Notes: generated by a model from the sequence alone, not told the origin. Positions 11,900 through 24,932 are shown, counted from the stretch's first letter. The stretch: 64,000 bases of DNA from Antedon mediterranea (GCF_964355755.1 NC_092679.1:21249432-21313431), one strand, 5' to 3'. Made by a program: numbers and translations.

Positions 11900-14800
11900 C
11901 TAGGATGAAAGAAAAGATAAAAAATAAATACATAGGCCTATATGATTTAAAAGTGAATGAATGAAAGAAAACCCTATGAATGCATAATAAACAAAGGAAG
12001 ACCGTACATACCTAGTGTCGGCGTACAAAGCTGAATGGCGCGCGCATCACTGTTGTGTTTTTACGCGGAACAAATTGAACACTTGATTGATGATAAATAA
12101 ATAAAATAAAAAAAAGCAAAATCGAATAAATAAATTATATAAATTCATTCAAATATAAGTCATTTGGACTTTAAAGCGTAGCGTAGCGTAGGCTATATTA
12201 TATTTATACTATAAACCAAAGAGATGCCTCGGCAGGACAAAAAAAATCAAGATCAAATAAGTTAAAACTGCCCATCATCAGGTGAAGAGAGTTGTAACAA
12301 AGGATATATATTTATACTATATATATTTATACTAATTTATTTTCATTGTAGAATATATTGTTAGCTCAAAATGAGTTTAAAAGCCCAAAGTTTACAAAAG
12401 GTCTAGATAAATTGATTAATGCTCAGGTTATTTTTAGGCAGAGCATTACCGTAACTCTTTCCTTGTTTCTGTTATTGTAAGCCATATAATATAGATATTA
12501 TTATGAATCAAGTTTCTTATCTAATCATAAGTTATTGTGCTTGTTCATACGATAGGTCAAGACATCTGTTAAATGACAAGCAAAACAATTGTGTTAGCAA
12601 GGCTATACCATCAAACGCAATTTATACATAATTTCCAGTGGTCATTGCGTCGCGAGGGAAAACACTGACAATGCAAGATAGGAAATTACTATAGATTCGG
12701 CTGATCACAGCACTCCGGTGGCCGGAGGCGAATTGATTCCGGAGAAACAAAGCCAGCAAAAATGCATCCGAACGTTGAAATTGGTCAGAAATCCTATAAA
12801 TTCTATTATACACTGTAACGACATAATCAATAATGAATACAGCAATTCGCAATCTAGACCCATCAGCGTTAACTGACCAAACTCTTAATAGATACTGCTA
12901 TAGGCGAAACGTCCATTTGTTAAAGATCTATAGAGCCTACCAAACTGTTCTTTGATATTATATTATTGCCTAGAGGAGAAATATACATGCAAGTGAATTG
13001 ACCTTTACGGACGTTATTGGTCAGTGACTGAGGTCAAGACCTCGTATTGCACATTACCTAAGTAATGCGAGTTGTTATTCAATGTCCCCCGAAGCATTAC
13101 GACCGAGCGGTCAATATCAGCGGGAGAAAAATGTTTTAAGTTTGGACAGTGCAAAATATTTGTCGCTGGAAGGGTGTTAATGGTCTTTACTACGTTGTCC
13201 GGTTGGGTTAAGGTCAGCTGGGTTTGATTGCATAGCGGATAAACTTTCCGATTGTTTGGTTTCATTTCTCGGATTCAAAAACATAGACACATAAATATCT
13301 TGGTGATTTTACAATAAAACACGTGTAAGTCACTCATATGTCTGAACGGTAAATAGAATGACTAAAACACTACAGTTATTATGCGTATCAACAATAACAC
13401 ACATATTTATATATTTGATTATAATCTGATTTTGTTTCGTTGATTGCGATGTTCTAGAGGCGAAAAGGTGAGGGTCGCCCACCGGGAGGTCAATCTCCTT
13501 TTAGACTTGACCGCTGGTCTGAATTGACCAGTTGGCTAATGTATGATGGACTTTGATGCGGTGATTGCACCCTACAGACAGGCCGGACTAGATTGGTCAC
13601 TTTAGGTCTAGTCTGATAGATGTGACCTAATCTGGAATCTAAAAAGAATGTCATTTTTATCTGAGGTGATAGAAAAACACAGGTGGATACTAAACGCCTG
13701 CACAGGTGTACAATATTCAAATTGATGTTTAATGTGCGTTTTTAATTTGTAAATAGTTACTCAACATTTCAAGTTACCCAGATTCAACGAATTAGCGAAT
13801 ACAAAATTATAAAATATCATCTCTCATTTTAGAAGAATCGGATTTATTTACAAAATAGATAAGAAAATAGACTAATTAACAATAATGATTACGGTATATT
13901 ATAATACTTAGGCCAATATTATTATAGTAAAAGGACCAGAAATATATGAGTAAAGTAGGCGTATATTATTATAGTCATAGTCATATAGTCATATATACTT
14001 TATTGTCCATTTAAAAAACAGAAATGTGATTTGAAAACTGGCAAAATACAAAAATATAAAATACAATTTACAAAAACACACACAAAAAGTTAAGAGGCTA
14101 AAAATTGTTAAAATTAGATAAAAATTATCGGTTACATTTTACCTTTGTACTCTGGAGTTATATAAGTGTATAGCACTTAGTCCACTGTAGTAGATATAAG
14201 TCGTATATTTATTGATGATAAAAAAAGTACAATTCGTCTTCGTTTCGTTTTATTTGACCAGCATAAAATTAATACAATATAAATGTATATAAAAATAATA
14301 TTTTTTAAAAGAGAGATGAAAAAATGCTGGGCAGAAAAAATCCTTTCAAAAAATGTCATCTGGTTTCAAATGGATATTTAAAAATAGGCCTAAATGTCAT
14401 TTGCGTGACCAAGTCTACTGAAAATAGTCAAAACGTAAGTACTTGGCAACTGGTTTAACAAAAAAAGTTTATTTATTTTTAAATTAAGAAAAATCGCTAT
14501 AACTCAAATGAGTCGCCTACCCCTCATATAAATTTCAAAATTTCATACAAATTTGTCAATAAAATTAGTCTACAATAAAATAATTTGGCAAACATCTGTC
14601 AATTATCGTATAGGCCTATTCTTTTTTTTTAATGTATAGATGTATTTTCAATGCATCTAGTATTGATATCAGTGATAATGTATTGATCATGTATACGCCT
14701 ATACCAGTCACTTGTGTTTAACTGTTTACACGTAAGCCTAAAGACTAACAAAATGTTAGCGTAATCGGTTAAACCAACAAATCTGTTTCGATAAAATGCA

Positions 14801-15778
14801 GAGATTGTCCTGAACAGTATTGTCTTAGAATTTATAAACCACAAATTTAAAATCAAATATTGACTTGTTTTAAGACTTGAATATAACGTAATAGAAATGT
14901 ATACCCTTTTCATATAACAACAATATTTTTCCTGACTCCTGAGGACGATCAAAGCATATTGATCGAAATGTCGAGAAACTCAACAGTTCTTTTCAGAACT
15001 GATATACGTGGTGTACCGCAAACTTTATATTAACAACAATTTTGTTATTTCGCAAAGACAGAACCCCACCACTATTTTAAAGGTAAACATTGTGCCATGA
15101 AACGAAGAAATATATGTTTCAACAGTAGGCCTACAGTCAATGGACACTTCGTTGAATCGAGAAGTTGTCACTTTAATTTTTTCTCAAACGTATACCTTCC
15201 GTAAAAAAATCTCACAAAAACCTATGGCGAAGTTAATATTATCGTATAATTAATATTTCTATTATATACAGTAATAACGGATAATTATATGCTTATGCGT
15301 GTACAATAATTCATATCACATAAATATTATTGAAGATAAATTATTGTAGAATTTCATTTACTAAACATTTCCATATATATGCTGGTTACAATCAATGTTT
15401 TAAATTGAATAAATGTGCATTTTGAAATAATATTAATCATATCATTCATTTAATTTCTTATGTAAGTTTTTGTAGGAAAATATTTTGAGATGCTATTCAT
15501 TATGTTATTATTGTTCTTGTTTCAAATGTTTGCGGGTACCACCTGTACAGTAGTGTTATTGTGCAATGTTGACGTAACCAATGCCCCGCTTGTTCCAATA
15601 AAAAAGGAATTTAATAGTGTTTTTACAGAGTACATGTATAACAAAATATATTTCACTACAGCATTTAAAATAGCATCATTATATAGAATCTATGTTATTC
15701 CTTATGACCATTTACACACAACGCGGAGTGGATGGGTGGTTTCTATACAGATGGGAAAAGCATGCGGTTTTCCGCTTA

Positions 15779-16545
15779 AGCTTGGTTCCCACTAGAACGT
15801 AACGCAAGGACGTAAACGCAACGCAAGCGTTTTAACCAATGACAAGCGAAGTTATAGACAGTTAAGCGTGGTTCCCACTAGCGACGCAACACAAGGACGT
15901 AACGCAACGCAAGTGAATTGACAAATCACAAGCGATGGCTTATTCGCTTGTGATTGCTAACTGTAAACTTCGCTTGTCATTGGTTAAAACGCTTGCGTTG
16001 CGTTTACGTCCTTGCGTTACATTCTAGTGGGAACCAAGCTTTAGCAATCACAAGCGAATAAGCCATCGCTTGTGATTGGTCAATTCACTTGCGTTGCGTT
16101 ACGTCCTTGTGTTGCGTCGCTAGTAAAAACCAAGCTTAAAGCTTGGCTCTCACTAGCGACGCAAGGTAACGCAATCTACGCAACGTAAGAAAATGCCCTT
16201 CCAATCATTGTGTTTTCCTCCGCCTGCGTGAAAAATCAAACCTGCGATTTTTACAGCACTATTGCGTCGTCGGTTCCCACTTGCGATCACGAAATACAGC
16301 ACCTTGCGTCGATACGTCGCTGCGTAAAGCTTGGTTCCCACTAGAACGTAACGCAAGGACGTAGACGCAACGCAAGCGTTTTAACCAATGACAAGCGAAG
16401 TTATAGAAAGTTAGCAATCACAAGCGAATAAGCCATCGCTTGTGATTGGTTAATTCACTTGCGTTCCGTTACGTCCTTGTGTTGCGTCACTAGTGGGAAT
16501 TGAACCACGCTTTACGTTGCGTTGCGTTCTAGTGGGAACCACGCT
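15779..16545. mobile_element. Cluster of four nested/adjacent family-A MITEs (PIF/Harbinger-like)
   Basis: Termini AGC(T/G)TGGTTCCCACTAG / CTAGTGGGAACCA(A/C)GCT, long internal inverted repeats, TTA/TAA flanks; elements 15779-16136 (containing 15865-16040) and 16140-16545 (containing 16328-16511). Confidence 0.9.
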
Positions 16546-17149
16546 TTACCGTTACCGCTCGCGTCTGTGTAAATCCTACTTTAATTTATAATATAACCGC
16601 ATAATTAACAAACAAATGATTCGAATAGAGGTAATATTACATAAATTTGTATATCTAATGACTCATCATAACGCATTGACTCTTTTATAATATTTATTTT
16701 AATAATTCATACACAAATGCTGGTATAACAAATTGTTGTAGACCTATTGAATTTGTGATGTAAAATACTAATTAATTTTGATCGCGTTTCAACTATTTCA
16801 ATACGGGGATTAATCTTTGGAAAAACACATTGTCTGCGAACGGCACAAATGTATTGTACTGCTTCGTTGAAATATGTATATATAATAATGATAATAAATT
16901 ATATAACTTTGGTTCAATTACGTTATACACAATGTCTTATAGACTTCAAGTAATATTATGTTATATTTTTTATAAAGAATACGTGAATTGGATTTCACCT
17001 TGATTCTTTTGCATAATGATATATGTTTTATCTAATTATCTTTCTACTTTCAGGCCTAATAAGTAGTTTGGATTGAAAATTAGAAAAATATGGCCAATAT
17101 AACAAAGCATGTTTAATGCCCTTCCATACACATAGTATCAGTATTAATT

Positions 17150-17357
17150 TTGTTAAGCAAATAGCCGAAAGTTAAGCAACTTAGTGCCACAGTTAAGCAA
17201 GAATTACTAAAAGATAAGCAAAATGTCGAAAGTTAAGCAAAATATCGAAAGTTAAGCAAAATGCCGAAAGTTAAGCAAAATGCCGAAAGTTTTAGCAAAA
17301 TGCTGAAAATTAAGTAAAATTCCGAAAGTTAAGCAAAATGCCGAAAGTGAAGCAAAG
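17150..17357. repeat. ~20-bp minisatellite
   Basis: aaagttaagcaaaatgccg unit, about 10 copies. Confidence 0.9.
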
Positions 17358-18824
17358 GTGTTATTTTGTGGACTCATAATCTCATGACGCCCCACAAACC
17401 ATTCCATTCACTTGAAACTCCCCTTTGTCTAAACACGTCAGCAACGCGTTGTAAATTCAATGTCTAAACACATGTAACTATTTTTGAAAATCTCCACGAG
17501 GTTTTTACAGTCTTTAAATTAAAACGCATATTTACAAAGTTTGCCTAACACGTATATTTACCCTTTTAGTAGCTCATGCTTTATCAATGACTGTATGCAC
17601 GCATATACGGTGGTAGTAATATGTTGCGATCCCTTATTAAAAATCACTAAACACAACATCCGTTACATTTGAAACTATTTATTATGTTTATATACCAAGA
17701 GTCCTTTGAAATGATAACTTGACTTCTATAACTTTCTAATAATATGCATCTATTGTTTGACTATATAGCCTATTATTAAAGCTAATAACACACTGATATT
17801 AATGCAGTCTAAACATATTGTCATCAGAATACGATGTTCCATTCGCCATACGTCCTATGTGTTTCAATAATGGTTGTTAATTAATACTATCTGTCACCAT
17901 ATTGCGACTATTGTGTTGCATTGGATTAATATGATTCAATATTGAACAATATTGTCGTTGCTATATAATAATGTTAATTATCCCAGCAGTTTTTATTCAT
18001 GGTTGTACGCAGTATATTTTAATTTGAATTATTACTTAAATAACAGATTCTGTATGTAAACTGTAAATTACTATTCCAATAATACTAATAAATTCACGCT
18101 AAAATAAATTTTGAAATAATATTATTTAGTAGCAAAACACAAAGAGGATAGGCCTAAATTCATTTAAAAAAAAGATAAATCGACCAAAAAGCAAGATTAA
18201 AACCTTGCGAAAATGTTAGAGTAGAACACGCTTTTATAGTAAAGCTATAACTGTATATTGCCCACTTCTCATATCACCGAATGTAGGCCTAGGCTATTTG
18301 TAAAAAAATTGCTTAGGTAAATGACAGTTTGGCCCGCCATACTTAGGTGTACAGTATTTCCAAATACTTGACACGCCCATGATTTCTAATCATGACATTT
18401 TTCGTCAAAAAATGTTGTTATGTTATTGTTGGAAAAAGTGGACCAGTGACCAGGGAGTTGTCCCTGCAGTGACCACCACATTCCGGTGAGTGCGCGACCT
18501 TTATGCAAACGTCGGACGGACAGCGGTGTTGTAATCCCGCGGGCTCCTCACCTTATATTCTCACCTTGACCGGTGTTCTAGGAAAACAACATTCTTTCGC
18601 ACAAAGCTTATTAATTGCTTTTAAAATGGCCGATTGAACTATTTGTGATTTTGACACATGCGGTCTAATTGAGTGAAACGGTAAATACAGGGTATTATGT
18701 CGGCTGCTACTAGAACCGACTTCTTAACAATAAATGAATTGTCCGGGTTTAACTTTAAGTGTCGAGGTGTTATAGCAAGTTACATAGGCCTCTCACCAGA
18801 GGCTGCCTATGACTATGCTGCTAA

Positions 18825-18972
18825 AGTTTGGTTTAACGACGCAACGCAATAACGTAAGCGCGACGAGTTGACCAATGGCAAGCGACAGTTTGAATTATCC
18901 ATCGCTTGTGATTGGTAAAATTGCTTGCGTTGCGCTTACGTCCTGGTGTTGCGTCCTAGTGAGAACCAAGCC
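18825..18972. mobile_element. Family-A MITE (diverged)
   Basis: agtttggtt...gacgcaacgcaa...ccatcgcttgtgattgg...ctagtgagaaccaagc. Confidence 0.8.
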
Positions 18973-19139
18973 TTATGCGTGCAAATACACAACGCAGAGC
19001 CACTGTATTGTTGTGTTGTCATTCATTTCACAATTCAAACTTATTTTTTAGAATGACACTTTCCCGTAAAACGACAACAACCTAGTTGGCGGATTTCGCC
19101 AACTAGGCCCTATGTTGGGCCCAAAAATGCAGTCCCTTA

Positions 19140-19497
19140 AGCGTGGTTCCCACTAGCGACGCAACACAAGGACGTAACGCAACGCAAGTGAATTGACCAA
19201 TCACAAGCGATGGCTTATTCGCTTGTGATTGCTAACTGTCTATAACTTCGGTTGTCATTGGTTAAAACGCTTGCGTTGCGTTTACGTTTTTGCGTTACGT
19301 TCTAGTGGGAACCAAGCTTTAATATACCATTTTATAGGTTTGGTTCACACTAGGACCCAACGCGAGGACGTAAGCGAAACGCAAGCGAGTTGACCAATCA
19401 CAAGCAAAAATTCGGATAATCCATCGCTTGTGATTGTTTAAATTGCTTAAGTCGCGCTTTATACGTCGTTGCGTTATCTCCTAGTGGGAACCAAGCT
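19140..19497. mobile_element. Two adjacent family-A MITEs (19140-19318, about 19337-19497)
   Basis: First copy has perfect TTA flanks on both sides and intact termini. Confidence 0.85.
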
Positions 19498-20785
19498 AGC
19501 TATATAACAGTTACATTAGAACTGTTAGTTACTAAAATATGACATGTTTTTCTTGTCAGAAAATAATTATGCATCACCTTAAAAAACCCACCAAGACTCA
19601 ATATTGGCTGTATAGCTCGGAAGACAACATTAACACAAGTGCACTGCGCAACTTCCAGATGTCATGCCACGTAATAGGTATGACATTGTAATGCATAATC
19701 TTAACATTGAAATAGAACACTTTTAATCCAAAAATTGGATTAATCGGCCGCCCATAGCAAAGCATGAGGCGCTTTAACTCGTCTCAATTTTCATGATCTC
19801 ATTATGTTAACAACACGTTGTTTTACTTATGATAATGTTAACGTTATTAGATTAATGGATCACTGAAATTACCCTTAATAAAATCACACATTATTATTAA
19901 TAGTTATTAAGTAAATAATTTTTATTTATTAGCAACCAAAGCATATTTTTTTGACTTGGTATGATTAATTTGGTTAATATAAAACACATAATTGTGTATG
20001 TCTACAGTTTGTACTGACAGTGTACTGTGCTGTAGTTGATAAAGTTATTATCAAAAGAGTAAAACTGTTTTCCATTTGGGTTCTTATGAATGTTTAATAT
20101 ATCATAAATATTGTTTTTTATTTCCAAAACAAAATATTTTATTGCAATTATTTTCATAAATATTACATTATAGGGGCCTATATAATTAAAATTTAAACAA
20201 TTTAACATGCTTATATCATTCAATATTGAGAAAAAAAAAATTAAAGACGGGTTTAAAAGTCCGAAATTATGAATATAATTATTATGACCAAAATATTATG
20301 TTGGTTCAAGATATACCTAATATACTGAAGATGGAAATGCGTTAACCCAAATCTGTTTTAATTCGTTAATGGTCCGAATATGTGTTGAAAACACTATAAA
20401 GGAAATATTACCAGATGGTCAACAACATAATTATTTTTAATATTTGTGGTGAAAACTGACTTTTTTGGACTTGACCATTGGTCATCGAAATTATTTTTAG
20501 AGATTTAACAGAAATCCAAAAACGTGTGATTACAAAATAAGACATCATCCTTGACCAATAGCCAGTTAAAATTGACCGATATCCGAAATCACGTGATGTA
20601 TTTTGTACCAGTTTCAGTGCGCATCAGTCAGCAGAGACTAAATGACCACAAGGACCAGTAATACCTAATTTCCGCACATCCTGGGTCAAATCAACAGACT
20701 CAGTTATGATCCGTTGATGGGTCATCCTAATTTACGGTTGTAGGCCTATACCGGCCGGCCGGCCCTGTAGTATCACCTTATCAAG

Positions 20786-20943
20786 CAGCGGCGTAACGGC
20801 CATGAGCGCTTACTGGCTAAATCTCACTCAGGCGCAGGATTGACTGTAAAATCTATAAACGCCCGATTCCTCCAGTGTTGGAACTTGGAGGGCCACTAAG
20901 GTTTCCTAAACCAGGGGCATCAGGCCTCTTCGTTACGCCACTG
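20786..20943. mobile_element. hAT-like MITE
   Basis: TIR cagcggcgtaacg / cgttacgccactg; 8-bp flanks ttatcaag / ctaccaag (6/8 identical). Similar element at about 61900-62068. Confidence 0.6.
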
Positions 20944-21150
20944 CTACCAAGTGCCAGGCCAGCTTGGTCAGTTCAGATCACTTGCGCGCGGGTGTGACTT
21001 GCCCTGAAGGCTACTTAGTGTGAAGGTAGCGGGTCCCATGCGCTTCATAACCTCGTGTGAATCCACCTTGAGAATGATGTTAAGCTACATTTCACATTAG
21101 ATCAGAGCCGACATTCGAGATGTTTAGATTATAGATTTGTAGTTCGGTTA

Positions 21151-21297
21151 AGCTCTGTCTACACTATCAAACTAGTTTGACAAACAACGTGTGATGTGCC
21201 CAAATATGGTAGTGATATGCTTAAATACGGTAGTGATATGACAACATCGTGTCCATATATGGGCACGTGACATTTTTTGTCACATAAAGTTTGAGCT
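21151..21297. mobile_element. Family-B MITE
   Basis: agctctgtctacactatcaaactagtttgac start after TTA. Confidence 0.85.
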
Positions 21298-21545
21298 TAA
21301 GTATTTATTATATTATATTATGTTTTACTGTGGTACCTGAATGTCTTGATTTCTCTATTTCAGATTTTATTTTGAAATATAATTAAAAATTAAAAATAAA
21401 TTAACCTAAATAGTCTTTATTGTCAAAAAAAACAGAATAATACGCCTAAATGACAAATTGTCAAGAAATATTTGTTATATTATAGACATATTTCTTGAAA
21501 ACGTTACAATGTGGAGGAGAATCAGGAGAACAGAAGTCAAACGCA

Positions 21546-21692
21546 AGCTCTATCTACACTTTATGTGACAAAAAAATGTGATGTGCTCATATTAATGGAC
21601 ATGTCATATCACTACCATATTTGGGTATATCACTACCATATTTGGGCACATCACACCTTTTTGTAAAACAGTTTGACAGTGTAGACAGAGCT
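21546..21692. mobile_element. Family-B MITE
   Basis: agctctatctacact...agtgtagacagagct|tta. Confidence 0.85.
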
Positions 21693-22476
21693 TTAAAGGG
21701 TAGCCTTTTATTTTGTTTAAAATCCATATTGTTTGTTATAAAATTGTAACTTTATAATTTCAGTTTTACTGAACATACAAAAATATAGAAACAAAACAAG
21801 GTTCACACTCGGTACTATTTAGTGTGACGTTTCATGTCTTTAGCTTTTTATTCAGCTAGCTATCGCGTTTACAAGAGCTTGACACTTATGAGTTCCAGTG
21901 GCCTGGGGGAATCTACATAATAGGGGGAAGGCGCAAAGTCACCTTTTAAGAAACTCCAATTAATGTCACTGTTTGTCCTTAAGAAGAACATTTAAGTTAT
22001 CTTATCGTACCATCTTCTACCTTATGTAACCTTAAGGTGCAGTGCCTATAGCTTAGGAAATATCTTTTTTTATATAGGTGTATTTTTTTCATTATATATT
22101 AATAATACAGCTTGTTTTGTTAACTGAAAAAGAATAGGCTAATAAGGTAACGGTTTGCCGTTATTTAAATGTTACATATAAAACATGATCACAAATTGTC
22201 AAACATTAATAATCAGAATTTGTTTTTGTGATAATGTTACCGTAAAATTGTTTCTTGAGCTGTTTTCACACCATATTTGGGAGTATCTGTCATTCTATAT
22301 GAATTCCGGATTTTTGTTCTTTTCATTCATTGTTTTTCTGGTTTAATCATTAATATTTGATAATAATAAATAATATTAAATATTAAGTCCATATCGAAAA
22401 ACAGAACGAGTAGCTGAGAGTGATACGCAAAGTTAGTTAGAGTCTCTGCTTTAGGACACTTTCCCGTGAAACCTAA

Positions 22477-22610
22477 AGCTCTGTCTACACCATCAAAATG
22501 TGATGTGCTTATATACTGGACATGATGTCATCACTACCATATTTAAGCATATCACTATCATATTTTTGGGCACATCACACTTTTTTTGTCAAACCAGTTT
22601 GATAGTGTAT
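22477..22610. mobile_element. Family-B MITE
   Basis: taa|agctctgtctacac...tttgatagtgta. Confidence 0.8.
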
Positions 22611-23731
22611 AGTAACTAGTGTATTGTAGTGTATAGACAAGACACATGTTTTACCACTACGGCCCATTAAGAAGCAACCTGGATTCCGGCGTCCACTTAT
22701 ATAATATTACCCTAATATTGTAGTGCAGTAGTAAAACTGGTTTTATGCGGCATATAAAGTAGATTGAAATCAAATTTGTATCCTAATAATTGTATATGTA
22801 ATGTAAATAATTCGTACATGACATGGTTAATCGTTTAAAACACTGTAAGAATTCGGGCTATGTAACTGTGGTACACACAACACTATAATTGCAGACTTGC
22901 ATTGCCGCGGCGTCGTTTGAAGTTAACGTGGACATTGGTTATAAAATCCATAATGCATAACCATGGATTAAATAAGACTGGTCAACGATTCATATTCATA
23001 TAATAATATACCATAGAAATATTTCTTAATCTCCGGCACTTGGTGCTTTCAGATTTCAAACTATTTAATTTCTTCTGCTGCAATCGCCAACTGTCCCTGA
23101 CCGAATTGTGTTTGATTTCCATTGTATGGGTAACAACTTCTGAAGAACAAAGTGCCGATACAAACAGACTATTACTTTTAGTATGATGTATCCCATAATC
23201 CGTCTGAAATCAGGTCACAGTTACGCGAATACAATCATGGCGGATTAAAGTATTACGGTTGACCTAAAAAAAGCAAGATCGGTTTTGGAAAAATAAACAA
23301 ATAAATGATAGTAGGCCGCCTAAGTATATTCGTTCATAACTTGACATTTCGTAATAAATGATTTAATCGAAAATTAATTAATTAAATATTTGGTATGCAA
23401 AAATATTTTGCGCTGTTGTCATATGACGTTTAGTCATAGTTTATTTATACATATTGACTAAATAATATAAAAAACCCATATTTGTTTGTTAACGTATGAT
23501 TATTAAATAGTTAACTTTATTGATTTGTATTGCTTTCAATGTCAATCTTAATATTTTTAAACCAACCTTTTAAATTGTATTTAGGATTTAAAAATTTTGA
23601 AGACGTAACATAGTGTAAGTTGTGGTAGTTTAATCGTAACTTTAGAATTGTTTTCTCATAACTTTTTAAGCAAAAATTATTATTTTTTGTTTATTATTGA
23701 AGCGCCCTCTATCGGGTAAAAGAACAAAATT

Positions 23732-24932
23732 ATGACAGCAGCGCTGCAGCGCTCCATGTTTCGGAAATGTTTGGCTAAAAACGTAGTTTTCGGTCTTAAT
23801 TTCCTTGGTTTTCGCCAATTCAGTACATCTTCAAGTATGTATTGATTACTTTGCTAAGTTGCATGTTAAATGTAAAGAAAATGAAGGTTATTTACAGATG
23901 TAGGGTACATTAATTCCGTAGGCGTAGGCCTACTAGGCCCTAGCCTAGCTAGTTTTATCAAAGCGCGAACGCCGGAGGAATTATTCTGGCTAGCTTCATG
24001 ATGTTGATCTAGGCCCCTATATACTTATCCTGTAAGTCTACTGAAGCCTAAGAGATGGAAATCAGTGTTAATATCAATATTCCTAAAATATAAATATTAT
24101 GGGCGATTTGAACCTCAATTTAAATTTCAAAATAATTATTTTAATTAAAATTGTGCAATGCCAAATTAATTCTTGCGCAAAAAGAAATTCTCGAGCAAAT
24201 TTTAAATTGCGCACTTTTGCTTTAAATATCATTGTTCTTTCAGGTAATTTTGTCCATTATCCAAATGGTCATTTATGGAGCACAGAATTCTGGGATGATT
24301 TTTACAAAAAGAAATGGAATTCAAAAGAAAACTCTTTTGATTGGTTCCTATCATATGAATCATTAAAACAACCATTGTCACTTATTTTTAAAGAAACATG
24401 TGATGCTGGTTGTGTTCCAATAAGGGTGCTGGACATTGGTTCTGGGACGTCGGACTTTGCTGTCCAGTTGTACAAATCTTCCACACCACCTGTCCACCAG
24501 ATCACATGTGTTGACTTCTCTGATGTCGCCACTCAGCAGATGTCGTCATTGCATCGTCAGCTTGAACCAGATGATGCAGCATCAACTGGGGTCACCTACA
24601 TTACTGGTGACGTCAAGAATCTTCCATTTGAGGATGACACTTTTGATATAATTCTTGACAAAGGAACAACTGATGCTGTTGTTAGAGCTCCTCGAGGAGA
24701 GGAAGCTTTTGACGGCATTTTCAGAGAGTGTTCAAGACTTCTGAAGGATGGTAGAATGTGGTTACAGGTCTCTGATACCCCGCCAGAAGATCGTCTTGAC
24801 CTGATAAATCGTTCTAAGTTGAAAATATCTCACAAAGACTATTCATTTCAAATTTCGTACAAAGATTTAGGCGTGCATTTTGGCATTGAATATTTTATGT
24901 ATTTGATTCAAAAGAATTTTAAAGTTGTTTAG
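23732..24932 (+). CDS. CSKMT: Class I SAM-dependent lysine methyltransferase, METTL12/CSKMT-like (citrate synthase lysine methyltransferase family), 2 exons: 23732-23834 and 24244-24932
   Basis: Exon 2 has FWDDFY..FDWF, motif I VLDIGSGTS, TCVDFS, and FDIILDKGTTDA (DKGT motif of METTL12/METTL13/EEF1AKMT4 group). Exon 1 MTAALQRSMFRKCLAKNVVFGLNFLGFRQFSTSS is basic, lacks acidic residues and ends like a mitochondrial presequence; phase-1 GT-AG intron (A|gtatgt...ttctttcag|GT) joins the frames. Confidence 0.75.

Noticed and set aside
15779-16545. CRISPR-like repeated palindromes
   Set aside because: Eukaryotic context, no unique spacers or cas genes; explained by nested MITEs.
8372-22400. Numerous 60-110 aa AT-rich ORFs in the intergenic region
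   Set aside because: Phe/Ile/Leu-rich random ORFs expected in AT-rich DNA; no domain similarity recognised.
24099-24243. N-terminal extension of the 277-aa ORF
   Set aside because: Lies within the intron; acceptor at 24243 and upstream exon explain the real N-terminus.
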